Virus record (IMG/VR): IMGVR_UViG_3300045591_000053
Location: 1 to 32,352 of that record
From: a virus
Length of the DNA: 32,352 nt
Direction: 5' to 3' (one strand)
Every line of letters starts with the position of its first letter. The first letter of the stretch is position 1. A program made the position numbers and the translations under genes. This document shows positions 30,139 through 32,352 of the stretch, one piece after another. The notes under the pieces were generated by a model. That model did not search any database. It was not told where the DNA came from and saw only the letters and a list, made by a program, of their open reading frames with translations.

Positions 30139-30765
30139 CTACTTGCTCGCCTTAGTAGTGCTTGCGGTGCCGCTCGTGGCGCTCTTAAGAAGCCCCTCGA
30201 CGCTGACGGCATCAAAGAACGTGTCATAGCCGGCAACGCCCGTGAAGCTGTCGTAGCCGCTCGTGCGGTCATCATCGGTGCCGCCGGGCGGAACAATCGG
30301 CTTCCACGTGAACGGATAGTCAAGCTGCGTGATCTCGGGCGAATCTTCGGTTGTCTTCATGTCAAGCGTCGGCTTGGAAAGCTGGCACATGAGAAGGCAA
30401 CGCCGCCGCCCCAGCACGTGCCCCGGCTGCTCGCACATGAAGGCAAAGGGCTTTGGCTTCTTGTTAGCCTTCATGTTGGTTCGCCCGTCCTTGGTGATCT
30501 CATAGCCCACAAGGTCGGCGATAAGCTGCCTAAGCTCGGGCGTGCTCTCGGTGTCAAAGAAGCTCATTGTTCCGGAACCGCCGTTGTCCTGCTGCTCTTC
30601 CAGCCAAACGGAGTTGTCGGCGTGGCTCGTGCCACTCTCAACGCTCGGCTCCATGGAAATCTCGACGGTGCCCGCGATGTGAACGGGTGTCTTATAGGTA
30701 AGCTTCTCTTCGTCGGTGCAAATCGCGATGTGCGAATTGCGCACGCCAAAATAACCGTTACGCAT
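30139..30765 (-). CDS. Major tail protein
   Basis: Start at MRNGYFGV with a strong SD AAAGGAG. Position is canonical. The track ORF extends to 30816. Confidence 0.75.
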   Translation of the reverse strand: MRNGYFGVRNSHIAICTDEEKLTYKTPVHIAGTVEISMEPSVESGTSHADNSVWLEEQQDNGGSGTMSFFDTESTPELRQLIADLVGYEITKDGRTNMKANKKPKPFAFMCEQPGHVLGRRRCLLMCQLSKPTLDMKTTEDSPEITQLDYPFTWKPIVPPGGTDDDRTSGYDSFTGVAGYDTFFDAVSVEGLLKSATSGTASTTKASK

Positions 30766-30778
30766 TTTTGTTTCTCCT

Positions 30779-31105
30779 TTACTCTTGCACGCTGACATAG
30801 AAGGAAGCGACAACAAGGCGTTCGCCGTCTACGTGCGTGACGGATTCGCTATAGGCGCATCCCTCGGCATCAAGCGCCGATTCGATTTTGTCTTCCAGCT
30901 CATAGGCGCGATGCGCCGTGTAAAGCAGGATTTCGTAGTTCATCCAGCTTGCCCACGCCTTGTTGTCGGCGTAATTGGTGCCGCCCAAATCGGCTTCAAG
31001 GCTGATGTATGGCGGCTCTGGTCGGTCTTCGTCCGTGTAGCCCTCGTTAGTCCAAGGGATGCCCAAGCCGTCAAGCAGCTTGCAAAGGTCATCTATCTTC
31101 ATCAC
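30779..31105 (-). CDS. Tail terminator / tail completion protein (assigned by position)
   Basis: 108 aa, between the gp10-like protein and the major tail protein. Confidence 0.45.
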   Translation of the reverse strand: MMKIDDLCKLLDGLGIPWTNEGYTDEDRPEPPYISLEADLGGTNYADNKAWASWMNYEILLYTAHRAYELEDKIESALDAEGCAYSESVTHVDGERLVVASFYVSVQE

Positions 31106-31503
31106 TTTGCATCGCCGCCGCCGTTGGCGAACTGCTCGCCTATCCGCTCTGCAACAGACGAAATAATCTTGTCGCCGTGCGCTGTTCCATATGTCTTGCC
31201 GGTCTGGTTCTTGATAGCGTGGTCGTTTTCAAGCAGGTGCGTTAGCTGGTACTGCTTGTTATGCACGGTGACTTCTACGCCGGCTTCTCCGCTGTCAACG
31301 CTTGACTTCCAGCCTTTGGCGTACTGTCCAGTGCGCTTGCGGCTTTCCTTCTTCAGCTCTTTCACTGCGTCTTTGCCGGCGTCGATTGCGCGTTGCTCCA
31401 AGACTTCTTCGTTCTCGTCTATGCACTCGCGCATGTAAGCGTTGATGGTGCGCTCAATGTCGTTGCTTGTGCCCCTACTCACGATTGCCCACCCTTTCAA
31501 CAA
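31102..31503 (-). CDS. HK97 gp10-like head-tail joining protein
   Basis: About 130 aa. ...RKRTGQYAKGWKSSV...VHNKQYQLTHLLENDH resembles the HK97 gp10 family. The start is non-ATG and uncertain (TTG 31503 or GTG 31482). Confidence 0.55.
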   Translation of the reverse strand: MLKGWAIVSRGTSNDIERTINAYMRECIDENEEVLEQRAIDAGKDAVKELKKESRKRTGQYAKGWKSSVDSGEAGVEVTVHNKQYQLTHLLENDHAIKNQTGKTYGTAHGDKIISSVAERIGEQFANGGGDAK

Positions 31504-31783
31504 GCGTCAGCCGCACGTTGTCCGGCGTGCGCTCCACGCGCTCGACGGCGTACACGGTGCCACGGAACCTAACTAGCGATTCGTCGCGGTAGGCGCACGC
31601 CCTCAGCTCGATAACCGCTTGCGGTCGGATGCCGGCGGCGCTCGCCGCGTAATAGGCTGCTGCGCTGATGCTATAGACGTTGCACGGCGTGTCGCGCTCG
31701 GTTGTCTTGGTTGAGACAACGCCGCGCTTGTCGCGCGTCTGCGTCTCTGTGATTAGCTGGCAAACACCAGCCCACATGCTCAT
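31475..31783 (-). CDS. Head closure protein (SPP1 gp16-like head-tail adaptor)
   Basis: Start at MSMWAGV, with an ATGA overlap to the upstream stop. Canonical position. Confidence 0.55.
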   Translation of the reverse strand: MSMWAGVCQLITETQTRDKRGVVSTKTTERDTPCNVYSISAAAYYAASAAGIRPQAVIELRACAYRDESLVRFRGTVYAVERVERTPDNVRLTLVERVGNRE

Positions 31784-32100
31784 TGCGCACCCGCTTTCGT
31801 GGCGGTGCCATGCTCGGTGCTCCCAGCCATGCGGCAAAGAATGTCGCGGAAGGATTGCATGAGCTGTTCGGCGTCGGGATTATCCATGCCGAAATTAGCC
31901 TTTACATAGACCTTGATAGCAACGCGCACGCTCGCGTCATCGTCACTGTTCGCCTTGGCTTCAGTGACGCCGCCCGCCCTAAGTGCGGAACGGGCGGCGT
32001 TGATAAGGTCGGCTATTTCATCGTCATAGATAAGGCAATCGGCGGGGATGCGCAACGCGGCGCGGCAAGCGGATACAAGGTCTGTCTTGTCTTCTGCCAT
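31780..32100 (-). CDS. Head-tail connector protein (gp6-like)
   Basis: Start at MAEDKTDLVSACRAALRIP. First gene after the capsid gene. ...DDEIADLINAARSALR... is typical of gp6-like connectors. Confidence 0.55.
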   Translation of the reverse strand: MAEDKTDLVSACRAALRIPADCLIYDDEIADLINAARSALRAGGVTEAKANSDDDASVRVAIKVYVKANFGMDNPDAEQLMQSFRDILCRMAGSTEHGTATKAGAQ

Positions 32101-32117
32101 GATGCGCCCCCGTAAGA

Positions 32118-32352
32118 TTAGGACTGCTTGACGGTGAGCTGAACGAATCCCTCGGGAACGACAAGCCCGCAATCGTAAAGCAGATAGCCATCAAAGCAAT
32201 GCTTCTGCGAACCGTCTGTGGCTACGTAGCCCTGAACGTCGATGCCGTCAAAGACGTTGCCCTTCAGCAGGTCGGGATAGCCGACAAGAAGCGTGCCGTC
32301 TGCCATCGAATCATCCTGCTTCACAAGCTTGCCAAAAATGCGTCCCTGCACT
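32118..32352 (-). CDS. Major capsid protein, C-terminal segment, same gene as 1..1128. 32226..32352 duplicates 1..127.
   Basis: The track ORF ...VQGRIFGKLVKQDDSMADGTLLVGYPDLLKGNVFDGIDVQGYVATDGSQKHCFDGYLLYDCGLVVPEGFVQLTVKQS continues the frame of 1..1128. Stop codon at 32118..32120. Confidence 0.85.
   Translation of the reverse strand, partial: VQGRIFGKLVKQDDSMADGTLLVGYPDLLKGNVFDGIDVQGYVATDGSQKHCFDGYLLYDCGLVVPEGFVQLTVKQS
32226..32352. repeat. Exact 127-bp duplication of bases 1..127 (circular assembly overlap)
   Basis: Base-by-base identity checked by eye. Confidence 0.95.

Larger units (their letters stand above)
1..32352 (-). mobile_element. Complete circular temperate siphovirus-like phage genome. 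Unique length 32,225 bp; the contig ends overlap by 127 bp.
   Basis: Full set of phage modules: lysogeny switch, integrases, replication, HNH/TerS/TerL, portal, protease, HK97-like capsid, connectors, tail, tape measure, Dit/Tal, lysis. Bases 1..127 are identical to 32226..32352. Confidence 0.9.

Noticed and set aside
32226-32352. Considered whether the 127-bp terminal duplication is a genuine phage direct terminal repeat.
   Set aside because: It lies in the middle of the major capsid ORF, which reads through the junction in frame. Its length equals a common assembler k-mer. Assembly overlap of a circular molecule is the simpler explanation.
1-32352. Looked for tRNA, rRNA or tmRNA genes.
   Set aside because: The non-coding gaps are short and none shows a cloverleaf-compatible stem pattern that I could recognise. 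None reported.

Overview
The window is one complete, circularly closed temperate siphovirus-like phage genome. The last 127 bp (32226..32352) exactly repeat the first 127 bp, so the unique length is 32,225 bp, and the junction falls inside the major capsid gene. GC content is high, about 58-60% by eye. The lysis genes (GH25 + Cpl-7-like + LysM endolysin, phi-LC3-type holin) point to a Gram-positive host; I cannot name it.

Almost all genes are on the minus strand, in tightly coupled operons:
- Early/replication module, 14221 down to 5787: Cro-like HTH, DUF4373-type replication organiser, tyrosine recombinase, SSB, dUTPase, DUF1492-like late regulator.
- Packaging and head, 5671 down through the contig junction: HNH, TerS, TerL, portal, prohead protease, HK97-type capsid.
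- Connector and tail, 32100 down to 22861: tail chaperone with a recoding site, tape measure, Dit, Tal, BppU-like protein.
- A diversity-generating retroelement (DGR), 22851 down to 20091.
- A lysis cassette, 20022 down to 17228.

A short plus-strand lysogeny operon (14340..17146) carries an XRE repressor, a membrane-anchored DEDDh exonuclease and a large serine integrase.

The standout is the complete DGR: target gene with a C-terminal variable repeat (VR), then Avd, then the template repeat (TR), then the reverse transcriptase. The 129-bp TR and VR differ at 16 positions, and every one is an adenine in the TR coding strand.

Other points worth follow-up:
- two integrases of different families
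- the exonuclease-TM fusion in the prophage-expressed operon
- a 23-bp x4 iteron array
- a compact palindromic genetic switch
- a candidate origin
- a lambda Q/PR'/tR'-like layout before the late operon
- a small Acb2-like candidate
- a tail-chaperone frameshift that must be +1 or -2

Product calls rest on motifs I read in the translations and on synteny. No database search was run.
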